Source of the DNA: Oscillospiraceae bacterium
GTDB taxonomy: Bacteria > Bacillota > Clostridia > Oscillospirales > CAG-272
DNA length: 59,506 nt
Direction of reading: 5' to 3'
NCBI GenBank assembly: GCA_015063395.1
Contig: SVUF01000002.1
Span: 1 to 59,506, forward strand
The stretch's first letter is position 1. The number at the start of each line of letters is the position of its first letter. The notes beneath the pieces are model-generated. The model had not been told where the DNA came from and did no database searches. It saw only the letters and a program-made list of their open reading frames with translations. Below are positions 33,832-43,606 of the stretch, in pieces. The translations under genes were made by a program, and so were the position numbers.

Positions 33832-34737
33832 TTAATCAATCTTATATGATGGATCGATCACAACAAGCTCCTTGAATGTGTCTATTTCCACTATATCATC
33901 ACAGGTACATTCTCTGACGTGGACGCAATAATTTTTTATGCAATATTCAAGGGCAACCTGATCCCAATAGCGTTCTTTACCGCCCGGAGCTTCAAAAACT
34001 GCCTTGGCATCTCTTGCAAGCTTTGCGCCGTCCTCATCAGTCCAATAAGAAATTCCAACCATCTGATGACAGTCAACGCCGCCGATGGTAAGCTTTTTGA
34101 TGACACCGTTTTCAGTGGCAAAGCACCAGTCATCCGACTTTTCCATAGGTATTCCAAGATAATTGGACTCATACTGATACTTGGTAATCAGCTCGGGATT
34201 GCTTATAAGCAGATCCGCTTCTACAATGTAGGCGTTTTTCACAAGCTCACCTGCGCATACCACTGATGATATGTTATTCGCCTCATTGTATCCCGGGTTT
34301 TCGATAAATTTAATATTGGGGTATATTGCTACAAGCTGATCGAATTGCTCACCGAGGTATCCGCGGACAATATAAATCTCAGGGATCTCCGCATCTTTCA
34401 GAGCGTCCAACAATGAATCGATGATTCTCTTTCCATGTACTCTGACAAGGGGTTTTGGGGTATTCAGTGTTATGGGAACCATTCGTGAACCGAAGCCTGC
34501 TGCAATAATCACCGCTCTTTTAACTCTATACGGCTCAAGCGCCTCAAGTCCGAGAGGGGTTACAAAGCCTTCGCTTACCCATCCCTTAGAAGTAAATTCT
34601 GTCAGGATCTTATTTACTGTTCCTACAGAAAAGCCTGTACGTCTGGCAATTTCTCTCTGGGACAGATTTTTTTTACTTTTTTCAAGTGTGCAAAGCACAT
34701 CAAACTGTTTTTTTGAAAGACTCATTTTATTCTCCAA
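33832..34737 (-). CDS. Winged-helix HTH fused to a LicC-type nucleotidyltransferase (phosphocholine / phosphonate cytidylyltransferase family)
   Basis: N-terminal 60 aa HTH (LSQREIARRTGFSVGTVNKIL). Then AVIIAAGFGSRMVPITLNTPKPLV...GYLGEQF...YNEANN, similar to pneumococcal LicC. Confidence 0.8.
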   Translation of the reverse strand: MENKMSLSKKQFDVLCTLEKSKKNLSQREIARRTGFSVGTVNKILTEFTSKGWVSEGFVTPLGLEALEPYRVKRAVIIAAGFGSRMVPITLNTPKPLVRVHGKRIIDSLLDALKDAEIPEIYIVRGYLGEQFDQLVAIYPNIKFIENPGYNEANNISSVVCAGELVKNAYIVEADLLISNPELITKYQYESNYLGIPMEKSDDWCFATENGVIKKLTIGGVDCHQMVGISYWTDEDGAKLARDAKAVFEAPGGKERYWDQVALEYCIKNYCVHVRECTCDDIVEIDTFKELVVIDPSYKID

Positions 34738-34744
34738 TGTATTA

Positions 34745-36337
34745 TTACTTTTTTCTTGTTTTGATGATACGGAATACTCCCTTTACTCCAAGGTTTACTC
34801 CAAAAATAATCAATGAAACAACTGCCGCAAGCTCGGGCTTTGAAAGTGTCTGATACTGATTGATCAGCAACGACAGGGGTTTTGTTGAGGTAGATGACAG
34901 GAACGATACCGCAGAAATGGTCATCATGCAGTTTACAAAGAAATATGAGAACATTTCAAGCAGCGTCGTAATGCTTTGTGGCAAAAATACATCCTTCAGC
35001 ATTCTGACTCTTGAAATTCCAAGGGTATCACCAACGGATTCAAGATTTCCGTTGATTTTTGAAAGCGAATTGTACATCATAAGATACGGTGATGATATAA
35101 AATGCACTGTATTCACCATCACAAGTATCAGCATTGTGTTATATACAGGAGTACCCGCAAAGGTCATGGCATATGCAAGACCAAGCACAAGTCCGGGTAT
35201 TGCCGCCGACGTTATGGATGACATATGCAAAAACTTTGAGGTCTTTGACTTCATTCTTGCAGAAAGGTACGCCGTTAAAAAAGCAACGATGCTTCCGAAA
35301 AGTGCAACGCACAACGCCATTACAACGGAATTTATCAAATATTCCGAGGATTTTGACACAACGTCCGTAATATTTTCAAAGGTAAACGAAAGCTTGTTTG
35401 GATAACCTTCCGTGAACGCAAGAAAAATGAACGAAATAGCGGGCGACACTGTAAAAACCGACGCAACGATGCATACGGTATAGGCGATGGCTTTTTCAAT
35501 CTTGGATTTAGATTCCTCAAAGCTCTTTGTAATAAATCCCGAATTGCCCCGATCCTTATTAATAAGGTCGATTATAAAGGCTATTACCGCAGGAATAAGG
35601 AGCAACGCTCCCCAAACTGCGCCTCTGCCAAATTGCATTCCCGAAACTTCCTCGTACATTACCTGCGGTATTGTCTTGAATCCGCCGCCGATTGCCATTG
35701 GAACACCGTAATCCGTTACAATCAGTGTAAACGTAGCAAAAATTACGGATATAAGCGGCTTTTTAAGGTACGGCAAGGTAATTGTTAAAAACTGTCGGAA
35801 TTTTGAAATACCCAGAACCTCTGCTGCCTCATATGGAGAAGCGTCCTCATATTTCATAATATCCGCAAACATGAGAAAGGCTACCGGCAAGGAATACAGC
35901 ACCGAGCCCATAATTATGCCCCACATGCCATAAATTCCACTGCTCTGCCCCAAAAGCTTCGTTATGATACCGTTGTTGCCAAAAAGTATAATCAAGCCCA
36001 TACCTAAAGAAATTGAAGGTACGAGCATTGGTAATGTAAACAGAATGCTGAAAAGATCCTTGTGAGCAACCCCCGACCTATATACGAATCTTGCAAGAAA
36101 ATAGGCTGCAATTACACTTATTCCCGTAGCAATCACGCCAACCTTCAGAGAATTCAAGACAATTTCCCAAAAATTCGGGGTATTCACAACGTTTTTTATG
36201 CTCTCGGGATCTATATTCGTAAACATAATAATCAAGGGAATGATTACAAGGGCAATAAAAACCGCGGAAAGCAACAGCTTTGTTCCGTCGATTACTCCAA
36301 ATCCCGTTGATCTGTGTTTTTTAATTGACTTATTCAT
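34745..36337 (-). CDS. ABC transporter permease, fused double-domain (FbpB/ThiP/PhnUV-like)
   Basis: 530 aa, about 12 TM helices, two EAA-like loops (EAAEVLGISKFRQF, ESVGDTLGISRVRM). Confidence 0.85.
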   Translation of the reverse strand: MNKSIKKHRSTGFGVIDGTKLLLSAVFIALVIIPLIIMFTNIDPESIKNVVNTPNFWEIVLNSLKVGVIATGISVIAAYFLARFVYRSGVAHKDLFSILFTLPMLVPSISLGMGLIILFGNNGIITKLLGQSSGIYGMWGIIMGSVLYSLPVAFLMFADIMKYEDASPYEAAEVLGISKFRQFLTITLPYLKKPLISVIFATFTLIVTDYGVPMAIGGGFKTIPQVMYEEVSGMQFGRGAVWGALLLIPAVIAFIIDLINKDRGNSGFITKSFEESKSKIEKAIAYTVCIVASVFTVSPAISFIFLAFTEGYPNKLSFTFENITDVVSKSSEYLINSVVMALCVALFGSIVAFLTAYLSARMKSKTSKFLHMSSITSAAIPGLVLGLAYAMTFAGTPVYNTMLILVMVNTVHFISSPYLMMYNSLSKINGNLESVGDTLGISRVRMLKDVFLPQSITTLLEMFSYFFVNCMMTISAVSFLSSTSTKPLSLLINQYQTLSKPELAAVVSLIIFGVNLGVKGVFRIIKTRKK

Positions 36338-36340
36338 AGA

Positions 36341-37156
36341 TTACCCCTCTTGATCCACGTCCGTATATTTCATCAGGGAATCTATTTTCATTTTCAGATT
36401 ATTAATTACAAAATCTCTGACATATTGGTTTGCAGGATTTTTTATAATATTTTCAGGGGTATCAAGCTGAACTATATTTGCTTCCTCCATTACCATGATA
36501 CGATCGGACATGGCAAATGCTTCCTCTTGATCGTGAGTAATATATATCATCGTTGTTCCAAAGGTCTTTTGTATCCTTTTGATCTCGTCTCGAAGCGCAA
36601 GTCTTGTTGCCACGTCAAGAGCGGACATTGGCTCGTCAAACAATATGATCTCAGGATTTAAAACAAGAGTTCTTGCTATTGCGACTCTTTGCTGTTGACC
36701 GCCGGAAAGCTCTGCCGGCTTTTTATTTTTGTGTTCCAGAAGATTCATGGCTTCAAGCATCTTGAGGGCTCTTGCTTGGGCTTCTTCCTTGATCTTTTTT
36801 GCACCAAGCTTATTCCCGGACTTTTTGTTTTCCTTCTTAAGCTTAAGCTTCAGGGCATACTCCACATTACCGAGAACTGTCATGTTTTCAAAAAGAGCGA
36901 AATTCTGGAATACAATTCCCATTCCGCGCTCGTTGGGAGCCGCGTTTGTAATATCCTTGTCTTCAAGGATAATACTACCCGAGCTTGCATCTATAAGCCC
37001 AATCAAAATTCTGAGAAGAGTGGTTTTTCCACAACCGGACGGCCCAAGAATTGAAAGGAATTCCCCGGAATAAACATCGAAATTTATATTTTTTAAAGCG
37101 ACCTTTTCATTGTAATTTTTTTCAAGATCTCTTACTTTAAGCTTAATCTGCATCAT
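36341..37156 (-). CDS. ABC transporter ATP-binding protein
   Basis: Walker A GPSGCGKTT, signature LSGGQQQR, Walker B ILFDEP. A Lys-rich insert (KLKLKKENKKSGNKLGAKK). Confidence 0.92.
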   Translation of the reverse strand: MMQIKLKVRDLEKNYNEKVALKNINFDVYSGEFLSILGPSGCGKTTLLRILIGLIDASSGSIILEDKDITNAAPNERGMGIVFQNFALFENMTVLGNVEYALKLKLKKENKKSGNKLGAKKIKEEAQARALKMLEAMNLLEHKNKKPAELSGGQQQRVAIARTLVLNPEIILFDEPMSALDVATRLALRDEIKRIQKTFGTTMIYITHDQEEAFAMSDRIMVMEEANIVQLDTPENIIKNPANQYVRDFVINNLKMKIDSLMKYTDVDQEG

Positions 37157-37171
37157 TATGACCTTTCCTAA

Positions 37172-38155
37172 TTAATACTTCCATTTGTCAAGAAGTCTTT
37201 GCTTTTCCGCCATATTGTCCCCCGACATATCGCTGTATTTGATGTTTGTGGGGAAATTTTCTACCACGGGATATTTATCCTTTATAATGTTTTCGGGAAA
37301 ATAAAGCTCATTGATCTCAGAAACACATGTAGTTGCAAGATATTCAAAGACCTCAACCACCTCATTGCGTGTTTCCCTTCCCGATACTATGGCGTTTCCG
37401 TAAAGAGCATAGGGCGAGCCTTCCTCGAAAAATTTGATCTTAAGATTATCAGCACCTTCATTGATCTTTGTAACCGCTTGGGCTGTAATTCCAAGTCCGA
37501 TTGCAACCTCATTTTGCATAAGAGCGTTTACAGGCCCTGAGCCCGATGCAGTATACTGAAGAACATTTTCACTGAGCTTATCAAAATAATCAAAAGCAGC
37601 ATCCTCGCCCATGGATTTTACAAGGGCATACAGGAAGGTATATCCCGTTCCCGACGATTTGGGGCTTGGCATGGATATAAGACCCTTGTACTCGGGCTTC
37701 AACAGATCCTCGTAGGTTTCAGGCTCGGCAAGACCTCTTTCCTCAAGAACCTTAGTATTTAAAATTATTGCTCCGCCGTTTCTTATATCAACCGTCCAAT
37801 TGTCATTTAAAGTATCCTCTGAATAAATGCTATTGTCAATGGCAGTAGCGGAAAGAGGAGCAACAAGTCCGTCTGCATTAAGCTGATCAAGATATCCGTA
37901 TTCAAGGGACCAAATAATATCGCAAGCAGTATTCTTGCCTTCTGTTTTAATTTTTGCCGCAATATTTGATGTGGACATATACTCAATTACAACATTGTAA
38001 TCAGGAAACCTTTCTTCCATTTTATTCTCCACATATTCAATTCTGAAATCCTCAGAGCTTGTGTAAATTATGATCTCGGTCTTGCTTTCGTTGCACGCGG
38101 TAAATACAGATACAAAAACCATAACAACGGCTATAATCAAAGATATTTTTTTCAT
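37172..38155 (-). CDS. ABC substrate-binding lipoprotein (Fe3+/thiamine/2-aminoethylphosphonate-type PBP)
   Basis: Start moved to MKKISLIIAVVMVFVSVFTAC (lipobox) after RBS AAGGAGAAAAAC. The ORF track starts at 38224. Confidence 0.8.
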   Translation of the reverse strand: MKKISLIIAVVMVFVSVFTACNESKTEIIIYTSSEDFRIEYVENKMEERFPDYNVVIEYMSTSNIAAKIKTEGKNTACDIIWSLEYGYLDQLNADGLVAPLSATAIDNSIYSEDTLNDNWTVDIRNGGAIILNTKVLEERGLAEPETYEDLLKPEYKGLISMPSPKSSGTGYTFLYALVKSMGEDAAFDYFDKLSENVLQYTASGSGPVNALMQNEVAIGLGITAQAVTKINEGADNLKIKFFEEGSPYALYGNAIVSGRETRNEVVEVFEYLATTCVSEINELYFPENIIKDKYPVVENFPTNIKYSDMSGDNMAEKQRLLDKWKY

Positions 38156-38168
38156 GTTTTTCTCCTTA

Positions 38169-38381
38169 TGTTCAAATGTTTCCAAATTATAAAATGATTG
38201 AACAAATCCTGCGAATGCATTCAAATGTTCAATTCATCACTTTAATTTCATGTTTTTGAATAACTGCAGATTTATAATACACCTTTTTTGTTTATTTGTC
38301 AATATCAGTGTTAATTATTTTACATTATTTATTATTATTTGAACAGAAATTTACACTTTATTCACCTAATCTCTTGTTCAA
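38169..38381. promoter_or_regulatory. Five copies of the heptamer TTGAACA/TGTTCAA around the operon promoter (candidate operator array)
   Basis: Copies at 38169..38175, 38198..38204, 38226..38232, 38339..38345 and 38375..38381, in alternating orientation. Confidence 0.5.
38274..38302 (-). promoter_or_regulatory. Promoter of the ABC/LicC operon (TTGACA, 17 nt, TATTAT)
   Basis: Minus strand: -35 at 38297..38302, -10 at 38274..38279. Confidence 0.5.
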
Positions 38382-38397
38382 ATTAATTATTTGTTCC

Positions 38398-38434
38398 ATA
38401 AAAAAATAAACACCCCGTCCAAACGGAAGGGGTG
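38398..38434 (-). terminator. Rho-independent terminator after livF
   Basis: CACCCCTTCC-GTTT-GGACGGGGTG (one mismatch) followed by TTTATTTTTT on the minus strand. Confidence 0.75.
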
Positions 38435-38441
38435 TTGAATA

Positions 38442-39140
38442 TTAACCGCCGAGATAAGCTTTTTTAATTACAGGGCTCTTTGCAAGCTCCTTACCTGTAC
38501 CTGTAAGAACAATTCTTCCAAGCTCAAGTACATATGCTCGATCCGAAATTTTAAGAGCCTTGCCTGCATTCTGCTCAACAAGAAGAACTGTAATTCCGCT
38601 CTTGTGAAGCTCCTTGATTATATCAAATACCTGATCAACAAGAATGGGCGAAAGACCCATGGAGGGCTCGTCAAGAAGTATCAACTTGGGACGGCTCATG
38701 AGCGCTCTTCCCATGGCAAGCATCTGCTGCTCACCGCCCGAAAGAGTACCTGCGATCTGCTTTCTTCTTTCAAGAAGTCTTGGGAAAAGCTCATATACAT
38801 ACTTAAGGTCGTCTTTACAGGTCTTTGGTGTGGTATAAGCTCCCATTTCCAAATTCTCTTCCACAGTCATTTGGAGAAATACATGTCTTCCTTCAGGAAC
38901 ATGAGCCATACCCATATTTACGATCTTGTGGGCATCTATATGGCTTATGTTCTGTCCAAGAAGCTCAATAGAACCCGTTTTTGAACGCAACAGTCCCGAT
39001 ATTGTATGCATGGTTGTAGTCTTTCCCGCGCCGTTTGCACCTATAAGGGAAACGATCTCACCCTGCTTTACCTCAAAGGATACCTCCTTTATTGCATGAA
39101 TGTTTCCATAATAAACGTTAAGATTTTCAACTTTAAGCAT
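38442..39140 (-). CDS. livF: Branched-chain amino acid ABC transporter ATP-binding protein LivF
   Basis: GANGAGKTT, LSGGEQQMLA, LLDEPS. 232 aa. Confidence 0.93.
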   Translation of the reverse strand: MLKVENLNVYYGNIHAIKEVSFEVKQGEIVSLIGANGAGKTTTMHTISGLLRSKTGSIELLGQNISHIDAHKIVNMGMAHVPEGRHVFLQMTVEENLEMGAYTTPKTCKDDLKYVYELFPRLLERRKQIAGTLSGGEQQMLAMGRALMSRPKLILLDEPSMGLSPILVDQVFDIIKELHKSGITVLLVEQNAGKALKISDRAYVLELGRIVLTGTGKELAKSPVIKKAYLGG

Positions 39141-40009
39141 TATTCTTCCTCCTCGTCATGATGTCCGAGGTATGCTTCAATTACTGCCTCGTTAGATTTT
39201 ATCTGTTCAGGAGAACCCTTAGCAATTATCTTACCAAAGTTCAGTACCGCGATACCCTCACATACGTTCATAACAAGATTCATGTCATGCTCGATCAATA
39301 GGATCGCAATGTGGAAGGTATCTCTGATCTTTCTGATACTTTCCATAAGTGCCGCGGTTTCAGAGGGGTTCATGCCTGCCGCAGGCTCGTCAAGAAGCAG
39401 AAGCTTTGGAGATGTTGCAAGAGCTCTGATGATCTCAAGACGTCTTTGCGCACCGTAAGGAAGGTTTCCTGCAAGAGTATATGCTTCATTTTCCATGTCA
39501 AAAATGGAGAGAAGCTCCATTGCTTTTTCTGAGGATTTGCGTTCTGCTTTGAAATATGCCGGAAGTCTCAAAAACGATTCTGCAAAATTACAATCCGTAT
39601 GATTATGAAGTCCAACTCTTACATTGTCAAGAACGGTCATTTTGTTAAAAAGACGAATGTTCTGGAACGTTCTTGCAATTCCCATTTTGTTAACCTGGTC
39701 AACTGTTTTTCCCGATGTGCTCTTTCCGTCAAGAAGGATCGCTCCTCTTGTGGGCTTGTATACGTTTGTAAGAAGGTTAAAAACTGTTGTTTTACCTGCA
39801 CCGTTAGGTCCGATGAGACCTGCAATTTCTGTAGGTCCTACAGTAATTGTAAAATCATCAACTGCGCGCAGACCGCCAAAATCGATCCCAAGACCTCTTA
39901 CGTCAAGAACAGGCACCTTACCTGCATCTCTTGTGGGAAGAAGTGTATTAGAAGGCGGTGAGAACATTTCAGTGCCGTTGGAAGAAATAATTTTTCCGTT
40001 ATTATTCAT
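39140..40009 (-). CDS. livG: Branched-chain amino acid ABC transporter ATP-binding protein LivG
   Basis: GPNGAGKTT, LPYGAQRRLE, LLDEPAAG. I prefer ATG at 40009 (ATGAATAA overlap with the livM stop). The ORF track starts at 40048. Confidence 0.92.
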   Translation of the reverse strand: MNNNGKIISSNGTEMFSPPSNTLLPTRDAGKVPVLDVRGLGIDFGGLRAVDDFTITVGPTEIAGLIGPNGAGKTTVFNLLTNVYKPTRGAILLDGKSTSGKTVDQVNKMGIARTFQNIRLFNKMTVLDNVRVGLHNHTDCNFAESFLRLPAYFKAERKSSEKAMELLSIFDMENEAYTLAGNLPYGAQRRLEIIRALATSPKLLLLDEPAAGMNPSETAALMESIRKIRDTFHIAILLIEHDMNLVMNVCEGIAVLNFGKIIAKGSPEQIKSNEAVIEAYLGHHDEEEE

Positions 40010-41057
40010 TTTTTGTTCCGCCTTTCTTTGATTTTTTAAGCCTGTCAATCACAATACCCTTGATGTTATCAAATGTGAACTTTTCACGGAAATTCTTGAG
40101 TTTTGGAGCCGATGTAAAGAGCATGATACCAATAAGGAGTACGGAATAGATGAGCATGCGGTAGCTGTCGAAATCACGAAGTATTTCGGGAAGCATGTAC
40201 ATAATGATGGAAGCAATTACGGATCCTGACATATTACCCATTCCACCGAGAACAACGATTACAAGGATCTCAATAGACATGTTATAGTCAAATGTAGAAG
40301 CCTTCAAAAGGGTCTGGCTGTGTGAATACATAACGCCTGCAATTCCTGCAAAGAAAGCAGAAATCGCAAACACGGACATTCTATAAAACTTTACATTGAT
40401 ACCGCTGGCTTCTGCCGCAATTCTGTTGTCGCGAATTGCAGTGATGGCTCTGCCGTGTTTACTTCTTACAAAATTGAGTATCAATATGGTTGTGATAAGT
40501 ACTGCAGCCGCAGCAAAGGGCAAAAGTGTCTGTGCCTTTGCGATCTTGGGAGTAATTGAACCTGTATCAAATCCAATCGCAGCACCAAGAATGGGCATAT
40601 TAGTGATTATATTTCTGATTATTTCACCAAAAGCAAGTGTAAGAATTGCAAGGTAGTCACCTCTGAGACGAAGAGCGGGAATCGCAATTATAATACCTGC
40701 AATTGCCGCTGCAATGCCGCCAACAAGCATGGCAAGGGGGAAATACACCCAAATGGGAAGTCCGGGGAAAGCCTCCACAAGCTTCACAGAGAAAAATGCT
40801 CCTGTATATGCTCCTACCGACATAAATGCCGCGTGACCGAGAGAAAGCTCACCAAGGAATCCAACCATCAGGTTCAATGAAATTGCAAGAATAATATTGT
40901 AAGAAATCGGAATAATCATCGACTTCATCTGGTTGGAAGCCGCTCCTGTAAAAACCATCACAAAAAAGAATCCAAAAATTGCAACGAGAATACCAAGTGT
41001 GATAGCATCGCTTTTATTAAACTTTAAGTTTTTTAATTTCTTTTCCATTATAATCAC
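40002..41057 (-). CDS. livM: Branched-chain amino acid ABC permease LivM
   Basis: About 10 TM helices, LivM-type. The start may be ATG at 41048 rather than GTG at 41057. Confidence 0.9.
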   Translation of the reverse strand: MIIMEKKLKNLKFNKSDAITLGILVAIFGFFFVMVFTGAASNQMKSMIIPISYNIILAISLNLMVGFLGELSLGHAAFMSVGAYTGAFFSVKLVEAFPGLPIWVYFPLAMLVGGIAAAIAGIIIAIPALRLRGDYLAILTLAFGEIIRNIITNMPILGAAIGFDTGSITPKIAKAQTLLPFAAAAVLITTILILNFVRSKHGRAITAIRDNRIAAEASGINVKFYRMSVFAISAFFAGIAGVMYSHSQTLLKASTFDYNMSIEILVIVVLGGMGNMSGSVIASIIMYMLPEILRDFDSYRMLIYSVLLIGIMLFTSAPKLKNFREKFTFDNIKGIVIDRLKKSKKGGTKNE

Positions 41058-41938
41058 ACTTTCTCATTCAACTTCTTACCAAGAAGTCCTGTAGGACGTA
41101 CAACAAGCATAATCATCAACACACCGAAAACGATGGTATCTGTAAGCTGCGTTGAAATATATGCTGAAGCAAGCTTTTCGAAAATACCCATAAGAAATCC
41201 GCCGAACATGGCACCGGAAATTGACCCGATTCCTCCAAATACCGCGGCTGTAAACGCTTTGATGCCGGGCATTGATCCTGTTGTAGGCTTAATATATGCA
41301 TAGTTCATACCGTAGCAAAGGCTGGCAAATGCAGCAAGAGCCGAACCAATTGCAAAGGTTACTGTAATTGTTCTGTTTACGTTTATACCCATAAGCTGAG
41401 CTGCGTCTCTATCCTCAGAAACCGCTCTCATGGCTTTTCCAAGCTTTGTTTTATTAATAAATAATGTCAAGGCGATCATAAGAACAACAGTCACCAAAAT
41501 TGTAAACACTGTTTCACCCGAAATTGAAAGAGTACTTCCCAATTTTATGTTAAGGAATGACATATTGGGAACAGGTACTGCTTTCTGATTTCCACCGAAA
41601 ATAAGCAATGCAAGGTTCTGAAGAAAATAGCTGACTCCAATGGCAGTAATAAGTACATTAAGAGAAGGAGCTCCGCGAAGGGGCTTATAAGCCAAGAATT
41701 CAATTGTAATTCCGAGGGCAGAACAGAAAATAATAGAAATAATAACTCCGATCCATGCAGGGAGAGTTGCCATTGTAACACTTGTATAAATTACATATGC
41801 ACCAACCATGATAATATCGCCGTGTGCAAAATTAAGCATCTTTGCTATGCCATATACCATCGTATAGCCCAAAGCTATAAGGGCATAGATGCTTCCAAGG
41901 CTTATACCTTGAATAATAGTTTCTAAAAATAATGTCAT
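41054..41938 (-). CDS. livH: Branched-chain amino acid ABC permease LivH
   Basis: LivH-type N-terminus MTLFLETIIQGISLGSIYALIALGYTMVYG. Start moved from 42019. Confidence 0.9.
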   Translation of the reverse strand: MTLFLETIIQGISLGSIYALIALGYTMVYGIAKMLNFAHGDIIMVGAYVIYTSVTMATLPAWIGVIISIIFCSALGITIEFLAYKPLRGAPSLNVLITAIGVSYFLQNLALLIFGGNQKAVPVPNMSFLNIKLGSTLSISGETVFTILVTVVLMIALTLFINKTKLGKAMRAVSEDRDAAQLMGINVNRTITVTFAIGSALAAFASLCYGMNYAYIKPTTGSMPGIKAFTAAVFGGIGSISGAMFGGFLMGIFEKLASAYISTQLTDTIVFGVLMIMLVVRPTGLLGKKLNEKV

Positions 41939-42117
41939 TTTTATCGCCTTCACTGCTTTAGTTGCAAATGAATAACCTTTCCTTTTGTTTGTTACGCAAA
42001 TTGGGAATGACCACAGCACATTTTACATCGGTCAATGGCTTTCAGTCATTCCCAAACTTATCACCACCGAGACAAGTCTCGGCGGTGATGGTATGTTTTT
42101 GTGTTCTTCGCTTTTAA

Positions 42118-43317
42118 TTATTCAGCTTTGTACTCAACGTACTTTCCATCCTTGATCTGAAGAACAAGGGGGTTCTTTGATGTTTCACCGTTTGCTGTCC
42201 ACTTCATTGTACCTGTAGCACCTGTTACAGTGATATTGGTCATTGCACCAATGAGGGCAGCATTGAAACCTTCAGTTGTAACGCCTTCAAGTCTCTCGCC
42301 GGTTGTGTAGCCAGCCTGCTTGAGAGCCTCTACGATTACATAAATAGCATCATAACCGTCAGCTGCAAACTGGTCGGGAATTGCATTGTGAGCTGTCTTG
42401 TATGTATCAACGAAATTCTTAATTACATCCTGCTCAGAGTCAGCATAGAAGGGTGTCATAAGGATAACATCCTCACAGTCAGCCTTGTTAGCCTCTCCGC
42501 ACTCAGCAATTACACCGTCAAGACCGTCAACGCCAAAGTATACAACATCAAGCTCAGCTGTTCTTGCCTGACGGAGGAACTTAGCTGCGTCGTTATAGTA
42601 AATGGGCATGAATACAAGCTCTGCACCGGAATTCTTGATTGCTGTAATCTGTGTGCTGAAGTCTGTGTTAGATGTTTCGGAATATGTCTGATCTGTAACG
42701 ATCTCAAGTCCGAGCTCTGCAGCCTTTTCCTTGAAAGTGTTGATGTTACCGATACTGTAGTCACTTCCGTTGTCATAGAAGAGTGCGATCTTTGTTGCAA
42801 GACCGTAGTTCTTGATCTGCTGAGCAGCAACTTCACCCTGCTGAGGGTCATTGAAGCATACACGGAAAGCATTTGCTTCGCCAATGCAGTTAAGTGCAGA
42901 AGCGGTAGGTGTAAGAAGAAGCATTCCTGATTCAACAGAAGCAGTTACGATCTCCTTTGTCTCACCGGAAAGAACTCCGCCGAGAGAAATGTCCATACCG
43001 TCGTCAACAAGCTTACCAAAAGCAGAAACTGCCTTTGTTCCGTCGCCTTCAGAGTCCTGGAAAAGAAGCTCAAACTTAACGCCGGGAATGGGGTTAGCTG
43101 CGTTGATTTCTTCAACTGCGATTGTAGCGCCGTTCTTAACAGACACGCCATAGCTTGCGTAATCGCCTGTAAGAGGTCCGATTCCGCCGATCTTGATGAT
43201 GATGTTTCCATCAGCATCCTTCTCCCAACCTTCAGAATCTGTTGTCTGACAAGCTGTGAGAGACAATGCACCTACGAGCATAAGAACTGCAAGTGCAAGT
43301 GCTAAAATTCTTTTCAT
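42118..43317 (-). CDS. livJ: Branched-chain amino acid ABC substrate-binding lipoprotein (LivJ/K family)
   Basis: Start moved to MKRILALALAVLMLVGALSLTAC (lipobox). Type I PBP pattern GGIGPLTGDYASYG. Confidence 0.88.
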   Translation of the reverse strand: MKRILALALAVLMLVGALSLTACQTTDSEGWEKDADGNIIIKIGGIGPLTGDYASYGVSVKNGATIAVEEINAANPIPGVKFELLFQDSEGDGTKAVSAFGKLVDDGMDISLGGVLSGETKEIVTASVESGMLLLTPTASALNCIGEANAFRVCFNDPQQGEVAAQQIKNYGLATKIALFYDNGSDYSIGNINTFKEKAAELGLEIVTDQTYSETSNTDFSTQITAIKNSGAELVFMPIYYNDAAKFLRQARTAELDVVYFGVDGLDGVIAECGEANKADCEDVILMTPFYADSEQDVIKNFVDTYKTAHNAIPDQFAADGYDAIYVIVEALKQAGYTTGERLEGVTTEGFNAALIGAMTNITVTGATGTMKWTANGETSKNPLVLQIKDGKYVEYKAE

Positions 43318-43426
43318 TTTCGTTTTCTCCTTAAAAAATAATATGATATATTTTAACGGCAATCTGCCGATGCAAAGTGCCGAAATATCCAATTTTACAA
43401 CTTTAGATCTGCCAAACGATTTTATA

Positions 43427-43455
43427 ATTATACTACACTATATTCAATTTGTCAA
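43427..43455 (-). promoter_or_regulatory. Promoter of the liv operon (TTGACA, 17 nt, TATAAT)
   Basis: Minus strand: -35 at 43450..43455, -10 at 43427..43432. Confidence 0.6.
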
Positions 43456-43551
43456 CAGCTTTTTAAAATTAAAATGTACAATTAATGCCTGTATAATAAA
43501 TAAAATTTGCTGATTTTACTAAAATTTATATTACTTATGCTATTTACAACC

Positions 43552-43589
43552 AAAGAACAAAAGGGACAACGAAAAACCGTCATCCCTTT
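43552..43589 (-). terminator. Terminator after rplQ
   Basis: AAAGGGA...TCCCTTT stem followed by TTGTTCTTTG on the minus strand. Confidence 0.6.
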
Positions 43590-43606
43590 GTGAAATTGTT
43601 GTTGGA

